Assembly: GCA_000004985.1 (NCBI GenBank)
Contig: GG738867.1
Length of the DNA stretch: 64,000 nucleotides
Source of the DNA: Naegleria gruberi
Lineage: Eukaryota
Strand: one strand, 5' to 3'
Under the pieces are notes generated by a model. That model made no database searches. It was not told where the DNA came from and was given only the letters and a program-made list of their open reading frames with translations. Shown here piece by piece: positions 54,076 through 64,000 of this stretch (positions are counted from its first letter, which is position 1; each line of letters opens with the position of its first letter). Both the position numbers and the translations under genes were made by a program.

Positions 54076-55764
54076 ATGAGACAAACAGTTGTGTTTAGTG
54101 TTGTGGTATTGATTGCCACTCTCTGTCTGACGGTTGGCTTTGTTCATTCAAAGGCAATTGACAGTTTCTCCCTGTTCAAACTCTTCACACCAGTCTATGA
54201 GAATTGTTACTCTCACGATGGTGTCAATGTAAATAAGAAACACGTTACTTGGGGACGTACAGGTGAATCACTTCCACGTTTAACTAAGGCTGCCTATACT
54301 GATGGTGTTAAAGATCCACCACGTTTGACTTTGAGTGCTAGAGTTATTTCTAATGCTTTCAGTAAGCAAACTACCTGTGATGAATCTAATGATTTCAATG
54401 ATAGTTCAATGATTTATGCGTATGGTCAATTTGTGGATCATGATATTTCCAATGAAGGAGCTGGTTTAAAGTTTACTGAAACTTTAAATATTGAAGTACC
54501 TCCTGGTGATGTTTGGACAACTGCTCTTCCATTCACCAGAGCTGTCTTTGCCTCTGACAAGCCAACTTATGTTAATGAGCCAGTCAATCAAGTGAACTTT
54601 GTTACTGGTTATATGGATTGTAGTCAAATCTATGGTTCTGATGAGATTCGTGCTGATGCTCTTCGTGAAAAAGTTGGTGGTTTCTTAAAGGCTGATGTCC
54701 AATATGGAAAGGAATTTTTGCCAAAGAGTTTTGTTGATCCAAAGAGTGGATTATTCTTCATTGGAACGGTCAACAATTCTGTAATAGCTGGAGACAATAG
54801 AGCAACTGAAGCCCTTCCAATCTCAATCATGCAAACTTTAATGTTGAGAGAGCATAACAGATTGGCAAAATTAGTAGCTTCCAGATTTGGAGTATCTCAA
54901 CAACAACTTTCAAACTCAAGAGCTGATGAATGGATTTATCAAACTGCTCGTACCATTAACTGTGCTCAAATCCAACACATTACATACAATGAATATTTGC
55001 CAAGAATTTTGGGTAAATTCGCTCCAAAACCAAAAGACTTGTGTTATGATGAAGAAGTCAAGACAACTGTTACTACAGAATTTGCCACTGCTGCTTTTAG
55101 ATTTGGCCACAGTACTGTTGGGTGTGATATGAAGAGATTCACTGGTAATGGTAGTGAACTAGCTCCAATTGACTTTGGTAATGCTTTCAATGCTTATCCA
55201 GTTTTAACTCAATCTGCTGAAGAATTGGATAATTTGTTGAGAGGTCTCATCAAGCATCACGCTCAAAACTTGGATGAAAAGGTTGTTGATGGTTTACGTC
55301 AAGTTATCAGAGGTCGTTTGGATCTTGTTGCCAGAAACATTCAAAGAGGTAGAGATGTTGGTCTTCCAGATTACAATACCATTAGAACTACCCTCGGTTT
55401 CCCAGCTCTCAACGTTACTCAAATCACATCTCGTGCTGATGTTCAAGCCAAGTTAATCTCATTCTGGGGTGTCAATTTGGTTGGTTTGGAACCATGGTTG
55501 GGAATTCTCCTCGAACAAAAGGTTGAAAACTCTCAATTGGGTGAATTAGGTACTCACTTACTCAAGACTCAATTTGAAAACTTTGTAAAGGGAGATAACT
55601 GTTTCTACTCTCACAATCCTCAAACATGGGCTCGTTCCTTGTTCAAGAAGGAAATTGAAAAGGTTACTCTTGCTGATATCATTGATGCTAATACTGGTGT
55701 TAAGAAGGGTGAAAAGTCTATGGGTACTTCTCCATTCGTTGCCAAGTATGGTCCATTGGTTTAA
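54076..55764 (+). CDS. Secreted animal-type heme peroxidase (peroxinectin/peroxidasin family)
   Basis: The signal peptide is MRQTVVFSVVVLIATLCLTVGFVHS. The mature region resembles the heme peroxidase superfamily (…GQFVDHDIS…, …RDVGLPDYNTIR…, …RFGHSTVG…, …GDNCFYSHNPQ…). The ORF-track start at 53953 is upstream of the likely start at 54076 (caaatATG). Confidence 0.75.
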   Translation: MRQTVVFSVVVLIATLCLTVGFVHSKAIDSFSLFKLFTPVYENCYSHDGVNVNKKHVTWGRTGESLPRLTKAAYTDGVKDPPRLTLSARVISNAFSKQTTCDESNDFNDSSMIYAYGQFVDHDISNEGAGLKFTETLNIEVPPGDVWTTALPFTRAVFASDKPTYVNEPVNQVNFVTGYMDCSQIYGSDEIRADALREKVGGFLKADVQYGKEFLPKSFVDPKSGLFFIGTVNNSVIAGDNRATEALPISIMQTLMLREHNRLAKLVASRFGVSQQQLSNSRADEWIYQTARTINCAQIQHITYNEYLPRILGKFAPKPKDLCYDEEVKTTVTTEFATAAFRFGHSTVGCDMKRFTGNGSELAPIDFGNAFNAYPVLTQSAEELDNLLRGLIKHHAQNLDEKVVDGLRQVIRGRLDLVARNIQRGRDVGLPDYNTIRTTLGFPALNVTQITSRADVQAKLISFWGVNLVGLEPWLGILLEQKVENSQLGELGTHLLKTQFENFVKGDNCFYSHNPQTWARSLFKKEIEKVTLADIIDANTGVKKGEKSMGTSPFVAKYGPLV

Positions 55765-55979
55765 ATTGTATTATAAATATAAACAACATTGTATTAAAAT
55801 TATAATTGTTCTTCATTTCATATATGAATCCAAATCAACAAGATTTCTTTTGTGCTAAGACCGATAAGCTCTATCTTGCCTCCAATAGCTAAGAACACTG
55901 GATGTACACCTCAACTTGGAGTTGTTGTTTGAGATTATTTTCTATTATCGTTGTTAATAACTCTTTAAGGTTGAGCCAT

Positions 55980-56105
55980 ACTCAAGGGGTTCAAGGTAGT
56001 CAGCACCTCGAAAGTGGTAATTACGCTGTTAGTCGTAACAATTGGGGAAACCACTGCACATCTCTCAGAGAAGAATAGAGTAGCACCTCTGCATCATTTT
56101 AAAAG
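55980..56105 (+). ncRNA. Candidate small non-coding RNA next to the 5S gene (unclassified)
   Basis: This non-coding stretch (…ggtagtcagcacctcgaaagtggtaattacgctgttagtcgtaacaattggggaaaccactgcacatctctcagagaagaatagagtagcacctctgcatcatttt) has internal complementarity (ggtgctac/gtagcacc) and ends in a T-run. It shows only weak resemblance to the U6/U6atac ACAGAGA-AGATTAGCA region. Class and strand are not established. Confidence 0.2.
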
Positions 56106-56240
56106 AACCAAATTTAAGAGAGAGGAATTTATCACCTATATTTATTGGGCTTAGACCGTTCATTAATGTCATAAAAATTGTGGTACATTTTATATGAAAA
56201 TAGTATTCATTCTACTTGGGATTGAAACATAGAAATAAAA

Positions 56241-56359
56241 GACTACAACACCACAGGTTCCCAAGTTGTCTCCAACCTCAGTACTGATGTGGCTCGACGA
56301 TGCTTAACTTCTCAAATCGGACGGGATGAGGTGCATTCATCGTGATATGGCCGTAGCCA
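56241..56359 (-). rRNA. 5S ribosomal RNA
   Basis: The minus strand reads (T)GGCTACGGCCATATCACGATGAATGCACCTCATCCCGTCCGATTTGAGAAGTTAAGCATCGTCGAGCCACATCAGTACTGAGGTTGGAGACAACTTGGGAACCTGTGGTGTTGTAGTC. It matches the eukaryotic 5S consensus in the loop A/B region, helix I pairs GGCTACGGC/GTTGTAGTC, and TTTTATTT lies immediately 3'. Confidence 0.8.
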
Positions 56360-56474
56360 CTCATCTTATCAAAATCTTAATATTGAAATAGAAAACAATG
56401 AAAACTTATTAAGCATAAACTATCCGCTAACCAACTACAATTGGTTTAAATTGCAATGATTGAATAATAATTTA

Positions 56475-58052
56475 TCAATAGTAATCTTCATCTGGTTTCG
56501 CATATTTTCCTGCGAGGGTGATGATTTCTGGATCTTGTTTAAGCTCAGAATCCAACATTTTGAAAACACACCCATTCTCTTTCACAGCTATCAAAGCCAG
56601 TTCTCTATCGTTCTTCAATTCTTTAGGAATATTGCTAAATACATGTCCACAATTCGAGAGAGCAATCTTTACAATTTCTAGATCTGCTTTGAATCCATCT
56701 GGAATTCTTGGGTATGCATATCCATATTTTGAGAGTAATTTCATGATAGATTCACGGTCATTTAAGAATAGATCTGCCAAATCACAACGGGTAATCAAAT
56801 AGCCATGTTCAACAGCAATCTCTTTCAATTTTTGTTTAAAATTCTCAGATTCTGAATAGTCCTCTCTGTAATAACCCATCATTGAAATAGGATTCTTCAA
56901 AATAGCCCTCAACCACAGTTCTTCATCTTTAGCCAAGCTTTCGAAATAACCATGCACCAAAATCAATGGATTAATATCAATTAATTCCTTAATGAATTCC
57001 CGGTCAGATTCAATAGAATTTGTATCTATGTTTTGAATATTTGTTGGATTACTTTCGATTAACATTTTGATAATGTCCCTATCAGCAGACAAGGAGCTAT
57101 GGATACAGCGAGCTAAATCAGAGCCAATTTGGAATGCTTCCATAAAAACTTTCTTTGAACTTGTAAGTTTTTCATTAAGAGAGCTGAAGAATGATCCAAA
57201 AGATTCACATCTTGGTGTCTCTGTTGAAAATAAACTGGATTTGAGTAGATTATTATAGGCTTTAGGACCTCCATTCATAATACATTTGAACACATCGAGG
57301 TAAATAGATGAAAACTCGTTTCTTTCAAATGCTTTTTCCAATCGAGGTAAGATAACTCGTGTATCAAAATTCTTTTGTCCATGTTCTTGTGTGATAAATT
57401 CCACAATCTCAAATACCATCTCTTTTTCAAACTCATTTCTTCCTATACATAATTCGTCTGATATTTCTAACAACCTATCAGCATCTTGTTCATCATCACA
57501 ATTACTCAACAAATCGGTCGATCCAAATATTAAATCAATTCTTTTTGATTTTCTATCAAATCTTTCAACACTAACTTCAGGTCTATTGCACTTTCTCTGA
57601 TGATTTGGTTTTTTGAAGAAATCATCTAATTTCTTCATCATTCCCAAATATTGATAAATAATTTGCAATATAATTCCATCGGTCACTTCAATTTTAATTT
57701 GGGATAATCTTTCTCTCAACACACAATTCATCACAACACAATAGGAATCATTGGTGCCACCATCACATGCCTGATAAATATTATCTCTGGTCGGTAAGAG
57801 CATCGTTAGAGGCGATTGCAATCCTTGATAATAGCAGCTGCTTTCTAAATTCATTGGTGCTAGTGATGACAAGGATTTTAATATACAGACAAATTGTTGA
57901 TTTCTCATTCGGAGAGCAATTATTCTCTCGTATTGTTGTTGCTGATTGGCAATCATAACATGATTTGGAAGCTTTTTAATTATTCTAAAATCTTCTTGGT
58001 TGTTGGAGGTGGAATTTAAGAGTTTGATGATTGATCGCTTTGATTGTTCCAT
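56475..58052 (-). CDS. DUF4116-repeat protein (paralogous in repeat type to 45960..47603)
   Basis: The C-terminal third contains …ADLEIVKIALSNCGHVFSNIPKELKNDRELALIAVKENGCVFKMLDSELKQDPEIITLA…. The start is placed at the ATG in aaaaaaaATG context (58052); an upstream in-frame ATG lies at 58133. Confidence 0.55.
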   Translation of the reverse strand: MEQSKRSIIKLLNSTSNNQEDFRIIKKLPNHVMIANQQQQYERIIALRMRNQQFVCILKSLSSLAPMNLESSCYYQGLQSPLTMLLPTRDNIYQACDGGTNDSYCVVMNCVLRERLSQIKIEVTDGIILQIIYQYLGMMKKLDDFFKKPNHQRKCNRPEVSVERFDRKSKRIDLIFGSTDLLSNCDDEQDADRLLEISDELCIGRNEFEKEMVFEIVEFITQEHGQKNFDTRVILPRLEKAFERNEFSSIYLDVFKCIMNGGPKAYNNLLKSSLFSTETPRCESFGSFFSSLNEKLTSSKKVFMEAFQIGSDLARCIHSSLSADRDIIKMLIESNPTNIQNIDTNSIESDREFIKELIDINPLILVHGYFESLAKDEELWLRAILKNPISMMGYYREDYSESENFKQKLKEIAVEHGYLITRCDLADLFLNDRESIMKLLSKYGYAYPRIPDGFKADLEIVKIALSNCGHVFSNIPKELKNDRELALIAVKENGCVFKMLDSELKQDPEIITLAGKYAKPDEDYY

Positions 58053-58203
58053 TTTTTTTAATTGTTTACAATAATTACATCTTGATTTAAGATTGTGTAA
58101 TATATTGCATTTTCCTATTAAATTATATTTCATTAATAAAATCTTTTTGACCCAAATTCAAATTTCTGACCGTTACATAACAATTTGAAAAAAAAGTCGC
58201 AAA

Positions 58204-59307
58204 ATGGAAACACCAAATAGTCATCATCTTGGTGATGAAGCATCCACTCTCATGATGATGAATACTCCACAATTTCTCAACTATGTCTCCACCAATACAT
58301 CATCCTCTCAAGATATGTTATCGAGTCCGATTGCCTCTAATCGATTTCATCCTTCCTCATCATTATCAACAATAGAACAACAACAGCAAGCAAATACAAC
58401 CTCATCAATTAACAATAATAACAAATCATCTACAATGATGAATATGGCCCTAACCATGCTCCTTCTCTCGCCCAGTAAGCAGAATTCACTTCTCCACACT
58501 CCTACCAAATCAAATTCTCTCACCATTGATGCTTCCCGTATTAATCATGACAATGAAATGCTGTTTTCATCACCATTGAGTGCAATGATGATGGACACAC
58601 CACGTGGTAACTCGTCGAATGTGAATGGTGTGAGGAGAACTTTGGATTTTGATGAATCGATGGATAATTTTGAAGAAGTTTCCCTTTCAGAACCGAATCA
58701 ACCTATTGCTGTGATAAAGAATACGTATTCACAGGAATTGGTTGAGAAGATTGGTTTGGAATCGAATATTGCTTCTAATTTTGGAGAGTCACTGTTTGTG
58801 AGCTATTTCCATAGAATGATGTCTTTGTTGTTGGCCGTGCTGCTCTTTCCAACCAAAATGATGAATAAGGAAATACAGAGTCCTGTTATTCCTGTTGAAA
58901 GAAACGTCAACACTCATAATATTAAGTATCAAGAGGAGAATCCAATGTTAGAGCATTTTATTGGTAAGATGGATAATCAACAAAAAAGAATTGATGAACT
59001 GGAAACAATTATCAAGAAAATGAGTTCTCAAATTGAAGATCTGATAAATTCAAAGGTAGAATTGGAGAAACGAATCGGTAATGTAGAAGAAACACAAAAG
59101 GAAATTCCATCACAACCTGAATCAGTCGATTCACTAATTGTCAATCCTCAAGTAGAAATACCAGAGGAGAAGGATAGCAATACCAATCTATCTAACAATT
59201 CAACTTGTGCAGATTTGGATAGTGTTCCAAAACAACCAATCGAATCTAATTCAGCTTTAATATTTATTGTGCTTCCAATTATGATGGCTATCATCTCCAT
59301 ACTGTAA
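58204..59307 (+). CDS. Tail-anchored coiled-coil membrane protein, unknown function
   Basis: The ORF is 367 aa, with an S/T/N-rich N-terminus and a coiled-coil (…KRIDELETIIKKMSSQIEDLINSKVELEKRIGNVEE…). It has a single C-terminal TM helix (ALIFIVLPIMMAIISIL) as its last residues. Confidence 0.5.
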   Translation: METPNSHHLGDEASTLMMMNTPQFLNYVSTNTSSSQDMLSSPIASNRFHPSSSLSTIEQQQQANTTSSINNNNKSSTMMNMALTMLLLSPSKQNSLLHTPTKSNSLTIDASRINHDNEMLFSSPLSAMMMDTPRGNSSNVNGVRRTLDFDESMDNFEEVSLSEPNQPIAVIKNTYSQELVEKIGLESNIASNFGESLFVSYFHRMMSLLLAVLLFPTKMMNKEIQSPVIPVERNVNTHNIKYQEENPMLEHFIGKMDNQQKRIDELETIIKKMSSQIEDLINSKVELEKRIGNVEETQKEIPSQPESVDSLIVNPQVEIPEEKDSNTNLSNNSTCADLDSVPKQPIESNSALIFIVLPIMMAIISIL

Positions 59308-59351
59308 ATAAACAATTTCTAATTTAACCACAAAGTGGCTCAATTATTCTC

Positions 59352-62300
59352 TCAGTAAATGGAAAGATTCAAAGTCGAGTTGGAGTTGTTGTATCGTGAA
59401 AGTAGATCTATCCATTCCTTCTGCGTATCGAAAGTAATCCATTCATTCTCTTCATCCAAATAATAGTATCTCAAGCTGGAACAGTCCTTTTTGGTCCTTT
59501 CTGAAATAATATTTGCCAAGTCATTCAAGCCAATAATGGATCCACTGGTAGGCAAAATTTAAACATATCCTTATTTTTGTATTTCTTCAATCTAACTTTG
59601 ATATTAATCACCTTATTCAATTCTTGTTTTGGTGATTTGAGTAGTTTTTCATTTTCATAGGTTTCAATACCTTCAAGCCAGTCACGTAATTTAGGTGAGA
59701 ATATGCTTAACTCCATCAGATCAGTAATCTTATCCCAATCAAGATTAGAGTCGAGAGCAACAGCACCAATCAATGCCTCCATCACATCTGAAATAGATTT
59801 GGCTTTAAGTTTCAGATCTTTCTTTACAAACAACAGTTGATCAATTCTAAAGTCTTTGGCTATCTTTTCCAATGCTGTATTTCTTACAAAATTGGAACGG
59901 AACGTGTGCATTTCACTCTGGTCCAGATAAAAATTATGGAACATTGTTCGAGAAACATATAAATCCAAGACAGCATCGCCAACGAATTCCAGAGTTTCAT
60001 AATTCACATTAAAACCAATATCAACAGAGGGGTGAATTAATGTGTAGTATGCATATAGAATATTTTTGAATTTGTATCCAATAATTCGTTCCAATTCTTT
60101 AGCATTTTTCTCAATGTCTGGTATTGTGTTTTCAATGATACGCTTGACATATTCTGGATTTGAATTCAATATAAATTTGTCAGCAATAAAATTCTGCTTT
60201 TTGACCAGTTTCAAATCTCTAGCCAATTTTACACCTTCTTCAATACTGTGTTTACCAACGAGACCAATTAAACTTTCAATTATATCAGCACGTACTTTTT
60301 TGCCTTTCACAGAAGCTTCCTGTTCGCTTTTAGAGAAAGCAATACCAGCCACATTGTGATGATAGTACTGAGTTTCGATAAAGAAGTCCATAATAGATAA
60401 TTTTTGGGCCAACTTCCTCAAATTGGAGTTTGAAACTTTGGCAGTCTTTTCCTCATTATAAAATTTCATATTCTCGAATGGAAATCTCAGAACTATATCC
60501 AAAACAACAGCATATTTCAATATAGTATCACCAAAAAATTCGTATCTTTCATAGTTAGTATCCAGATTCTGACTAGTTCTGTGCGTTATTGCATTTCTTA
60601 ACTCTGACAAGTTAATATAACCACAACTTGGAAACATTTGATTTTTCAAATCGTGGGCTACAAGGGTCTGCTCTACTAAACTCATCAATGTTCCTTCATT
60701 GGACGTCTTAAATACTGCTCTTAGGGATTCGATAAAATCTATCCTTAAACTAGTTGGTTTGCAGAATTCTGGTATCAACATGACATATCTGTGGTACTTG
60801 AGAGAATATGCAGATAACATTGGTTGATTTGAATCACACATAATTTCATATCTATCCTTCAAATAGCTTTGGTAAGTTATAGTAGATCCTTGTTTCTCAA
60901 AAGATTCTAAGGGTGTAGAACTCTCATCAATATAATTTGGAGCATAAAAATCCTTATTATATGTGGTTACAATAAAATAATCGATCGGTACCCTCACTCC
61001 TAATCTCAAATGATCTAATATAGTCATTGACTGGGGATAATCTTTCTCACTCTGGGATAACTCTTTTTCGAATGTATATATCACATTCCAATCTATGACA
61101 TCCCTTGGTTGGTTTCCTCTACAAGAAGGAAGTACCAAGTAGAATCTTCCATCTCCATAAAAATAATCTTTAAGAGCATAATTATTGTAAATAATTCTAC
61201 ATAATCTCATGTAAAATGCAATCAATTTTTCATATTCAGACTTGGTTACTGTTATGAATCCACAAGGGAAAAGTTTCAGCCATAAAGGATGCATAGTCAC
61301 TTCAAACGGATATTGAATCTCTCCAAAAGTCAAAAGAGCAGTCATTTCTTCCTTTCCGTTGCTATTGATTATCATTTGACTAACAAATAATTTGACATTA
61401 TTGTTGTCTTTAGGCCCCTCATATCTAATTGGCTTTGGAATGTATGTATCTTTCTTCTCTATCTCTTCGTCATCTGAAAGATTCTCTATTGAAGAAATGA
61501 GTGGTTCAATATCCTCTTGTGTATCATTTGTAATAATAACCTTCTCAGATTTAATATATTCTTTTAGCTCCTCCAAGGCAGTATCTACAATGATGCTTCG
61601 CTCATTGTTACCCATATTGGTTAACATGATGATTTGGGAATAATCATCCTTATCATAAAGTACTACATATCTTGAAAGTTCGTGCCTCGCTCTACCCATA
61701 GACTGGATATGTTCTCTAGTTGTGTTGCAAATATCAAATTGAACCACTAAAGAGCATTTGGAAATGTTCAGACCCTCTTCTCCGGCTTTTGTAGCTACGA
61801 GAAGTCGAGTAGTGTGTGAAAATTCCTTCACTACAGTTGCTTGAGCTTGTCGAGACATAACTGAACTTCCTATCAACTCTTTACAATTTAGAGGTATAAA
61901 CTTTCTATACATTCTAAACATTTTTACAATTGCCTTTACATGAACAATTCGCTCAGCAAATATGATACATCTCATATTTTCGTTTGTATTTTCATATGTA
62001 TCGACTAAATCAAATAGAATTTTGACCTTATCTGAAATGAAAGGTGAAGAATTAATTTCATTCATACTTGAAAACTCAATTGGTTGATTCAAGTTAAAAA
62101 TTGGATAAAATGATTTGAAAGACTCAAAAACATCCAACTCACATATTAGTGAAATAATTATAAGACTTCCAATCAAACCTAATTCACGATAATTCTTCTC
62201 TATATCATCAACTGATATATCTCTAAAATTATGATATGAATGAAACGTTTTCAATGCATTCAATGGCTCTATCAACTCACTCTTAGATGAATAAGCTACG

Positions 62301-63169
62301 CTATGTTGTCTCGGGTTGTTGACATGTTTTTTCATCTCTTCCATGTAATCATAAGGTACTTTGATGGAAGCATCAAGGCTAAATTCTAATTTGGCCTTTC
62401 TCAAAAATAAGGTATGTTCATTAAGACTTGTCTTGTAGAGAGATTGAGAAGCCGGTGTCGCAGTAAGACCTAAAATTTTAGGAAGCTCAATTGGTTGTCT
62501 ATCTTTAAGGAAATTGAAATTATATGCTAATAGTGAAGGATCAATAGGCTTGTTGTTGTGATAATAATCTCTCATCAATTTAACATAGGGATGATCCTTA
62601 GTAGCATGGTGAGCCTCATCAAAAACCAATAACAAGATATCTTCAAAAGAAATTATTTGACTCTGAAGAGCATTCAACAATATTTGAGGAGTGCTCACAA
62701 TAACATTCCAAGATTTGCTCGAATCAATTGTAAAGTCCTTCTTAATTTTCATTTTGCTACATTCCCTTTTGTAGAAATATTTGAAAATAGCCTCCTGTTG
62801 TTGTTTCCTCAATGCAGTCGTTGGAACCAAGAAGAATATCTTCTTTGTTAGTTTCTTCTTATCAGGTGGTCCATTAGTTGGTGGTTTCTTCTGATCAGAA
62901 ATGCAACATGAACACTTTGAGGATAAAAAGTATTCATCTCCCATATATTCCTTTTTATCATTTTGATGTAATAATTGATCAATTAAAAGACAGGCTAGAA
63001 GTGTTTTTCCTGTACCTGTTGGTAGAATACAAATTGAGTTTCCATCGATTGATTCCCGAAGCAATTCCAATTGATAGGCTCTCGGTTTTTCAATGGTAAT
63101 AATTGTATTATTATTCGAATCATTAGTATTATCACCTGTTTGTGTCGACAGTGATGGTTGAGAAAGCAT
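59352..63169 (-). CDS. Dicer-like protein: DExH helicase + HELICc + two RNase III domains, followed by a PB1-like domain that is split by a frameshift at ~59525-59555
   Basis: The helicase carries ILPTGTGKTLLA and FDEAHHA, plus HELICc (…LVATKAGEEGLNISKCSLVVQFD…SMGRARH). RNase IIIa has ERYEFFGDTILKYAVV and RNase IIIb has ETLEFVGDAVLDLYVS. The main frame ends …INIKVRLKKYKNKDMFKFCLPVDPLLA* at 59525. The overlapping -1 frame (59352..59555) continues …SIIGLNDLANIISERTKK…LRYYYLDEENEWITFDTQKEWIDLL. Together these read as a PB1 domain (Lys-containing beta1-beta2 plus an OPCA-like acidic motif). The ORF-track start at 63211 is a TTG; the first ATG is at 63169. Confidence 0.75.
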
Positions 63170-63404
63170 CGTTTTACTTGTTGAACAATTTTTAGGCTTT
63201 GAATAATGCAATTCTAATATTGTTGGCCAAGTGTTCGGAATAATTTAACATTTAACTCTTTCTACATTCAATATATTTAGAAATTATTTAACACAATTAA
63301 TTGGTGATTCATATTCGGGGAGTAGTTCTTCTCCCTGCAAGGTACAGCCTTCTTGTTTAACAACACAATTTTTAAAAAGAATTAAAAATCAAATTTTAAA
63401 TAAA

Positions 63405-63833
63405 AATGCCACCAACAACAGTATTGGAACCACTTGATTTAATTAGACTATCATTGGATGAACAGGTTTATATTAAACTGAAGGGAGATCGTGAATTGCG
63501 AGGAACTTTACATGTAGGTGATCTTTTTTAAATATTTACAAATTTTTATTATTATCGGAATAATTATGATGACAATATAATTGCGATGACGATGATGGGT
63601 ATTAATAGGCTTACGATCAACATTTAAATATGGTCCTCGGAAATGTCGAAGAAACTATACATGAAATTGACATTGATAAGGAAACAAACGAACAACAAAT
63701 GAAGGTTTGTATTTCAAATCATTTCACATCAACAAATTTGATTTCTAAAGAGTACTACTCGTAAAATTGGAATGCTATTCTTGAGAGGAGATGGTGTGAT
63801 ATTAGTTGTCAATTCTGCTCTTCGTTCTCTTTA
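63405..63833 (+). CDS. LSM3: Sm-like protein LSm3; 3 exons (63405..63512, 63608..63703, 63750..63833)
   Basis: The spliced product is [36 protein letters not shown]|[32 protein letters not shown]|[27 protein letters not shown], which is near-identical in pattern to LSm3 ([45 protein letters not shown]…). Introns are 95 nt (gtaggt…taatag) and 46 nt (gtttgt…ctaaag). Confidence 0.85.
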
Positions 63834-64000
63834 AATATTCATGTAAAAACTCCAACATTTTCAACTAGTTCTGGATTGTGTATTATTATGAGGCCAGGCT
63901 GCAAATTCACAACATCAAAAAGGCTTGTTTTAACTTCCAGAAATTCTTGTTGTTTATTTTTGTTCAAACTTCACCTTCTTATTTTCATTATTTGACGTTG

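Noticed and set aside
55980-56105. Possible U6 or U6atac snRNA
   Set aside because: Only a short ACAGAGA-like stretch matches. U6 is normally more than 80% conserved across eukaryotes, so this cannot be called U6. It is kept only as an unclassified ncRNA candidate.
1-64000. Prokaryotic-style features (operons, CRISPR arrays, RBS, phage or defence islands) and mobile elements at tRNA genes
   Set aside because: Spliceosomal introns, eukaryote-only gene families, tRNAs with eukaryotic structure and A-rich Kozak contexts show this is nuclear eukaryotic DNA. No direct repeat arrays, LTRs or transposase/reverse-transcriptase ORFs were seen, and tRNA flanks are unique sequence.
63834-64000. Possible 3' end of a minus-strand gene running off the window
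   Set aside because: It is too short to evaluate and no convincing reading frame is visible.

Overview
This 64 kb window is eukaryotic nuclear DNA, not prokaryotic. It is AT-rich (roughly 30% GC by eye) and extremely gene-dense, with about 30 protein-coding genes on both strands. Genes carry 0-2 short spliceosomal introns of 44-209 nt, with GTAAGT, GTATGT or GTAGGT donors and (T)nAG acceptors. Start codons sit in A-rich contexts (aaaaATG), and TAA/TAG/TGA all act as stops, so the genetic code is standard. Codon preference is strongly yeast-like (AGA, TTG, GGT, CCA, TCT, GCT, CAA, GAA). Several ORF-track 'M' starts are really TTG/GTG alternative starts, and for those I give the first ATG in an A-rich context instead. 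Recognisable products include: CWC22 (partial), a TLC-domain protein, PTEN, a C2-domain kinase, two head-to-head paralogous kinases with a B-box/ZZ-like zinc finger, a 7TM-RGS receptor, an FG-nucleoporin, a PTS2-bearing acyl-CoA oxidase, an IQGAP-type protein carrying about 8 filamin repeats, a GPx-like protein, an ASPM-like protein with about 30 IQ motifs, a mucin-like VWD protein, an animal-type heme peroxidase, two DUF4116-repeat proteins, four F-box-like proteins, a Dicer-like helicase/RNase III protein and LSm3. Dispersed Pol III genes are also present: tRNA-Ser(AGA), tRNA-Ala(AGC), tRNA-Ser(TGA) and a 5S rRNA. Convergent genes are separated by as little as 48-84 nt and tandem genes by as little as 13 nt. 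I saw no CRISPR arrays, transposons or prokaryote-type operons. The lineage cannot be assigned from the sequence alone; the gene content suggests an aerobic, motile or amoeboid unicellular eukaryote or an early-diverging fungus-like organism. The most interesting points are several unusual domain architectures (IQGAP-CH/RasGAP-related-domain bracketing filamin repeats, 7TM-RGS, RGS-START, Dicer plus a PB1-like tail), several apparent frameshifts in otherwise conserved genes, and the kinase pair. All coordinates come from manual reading and may be off by a few nucleotides.
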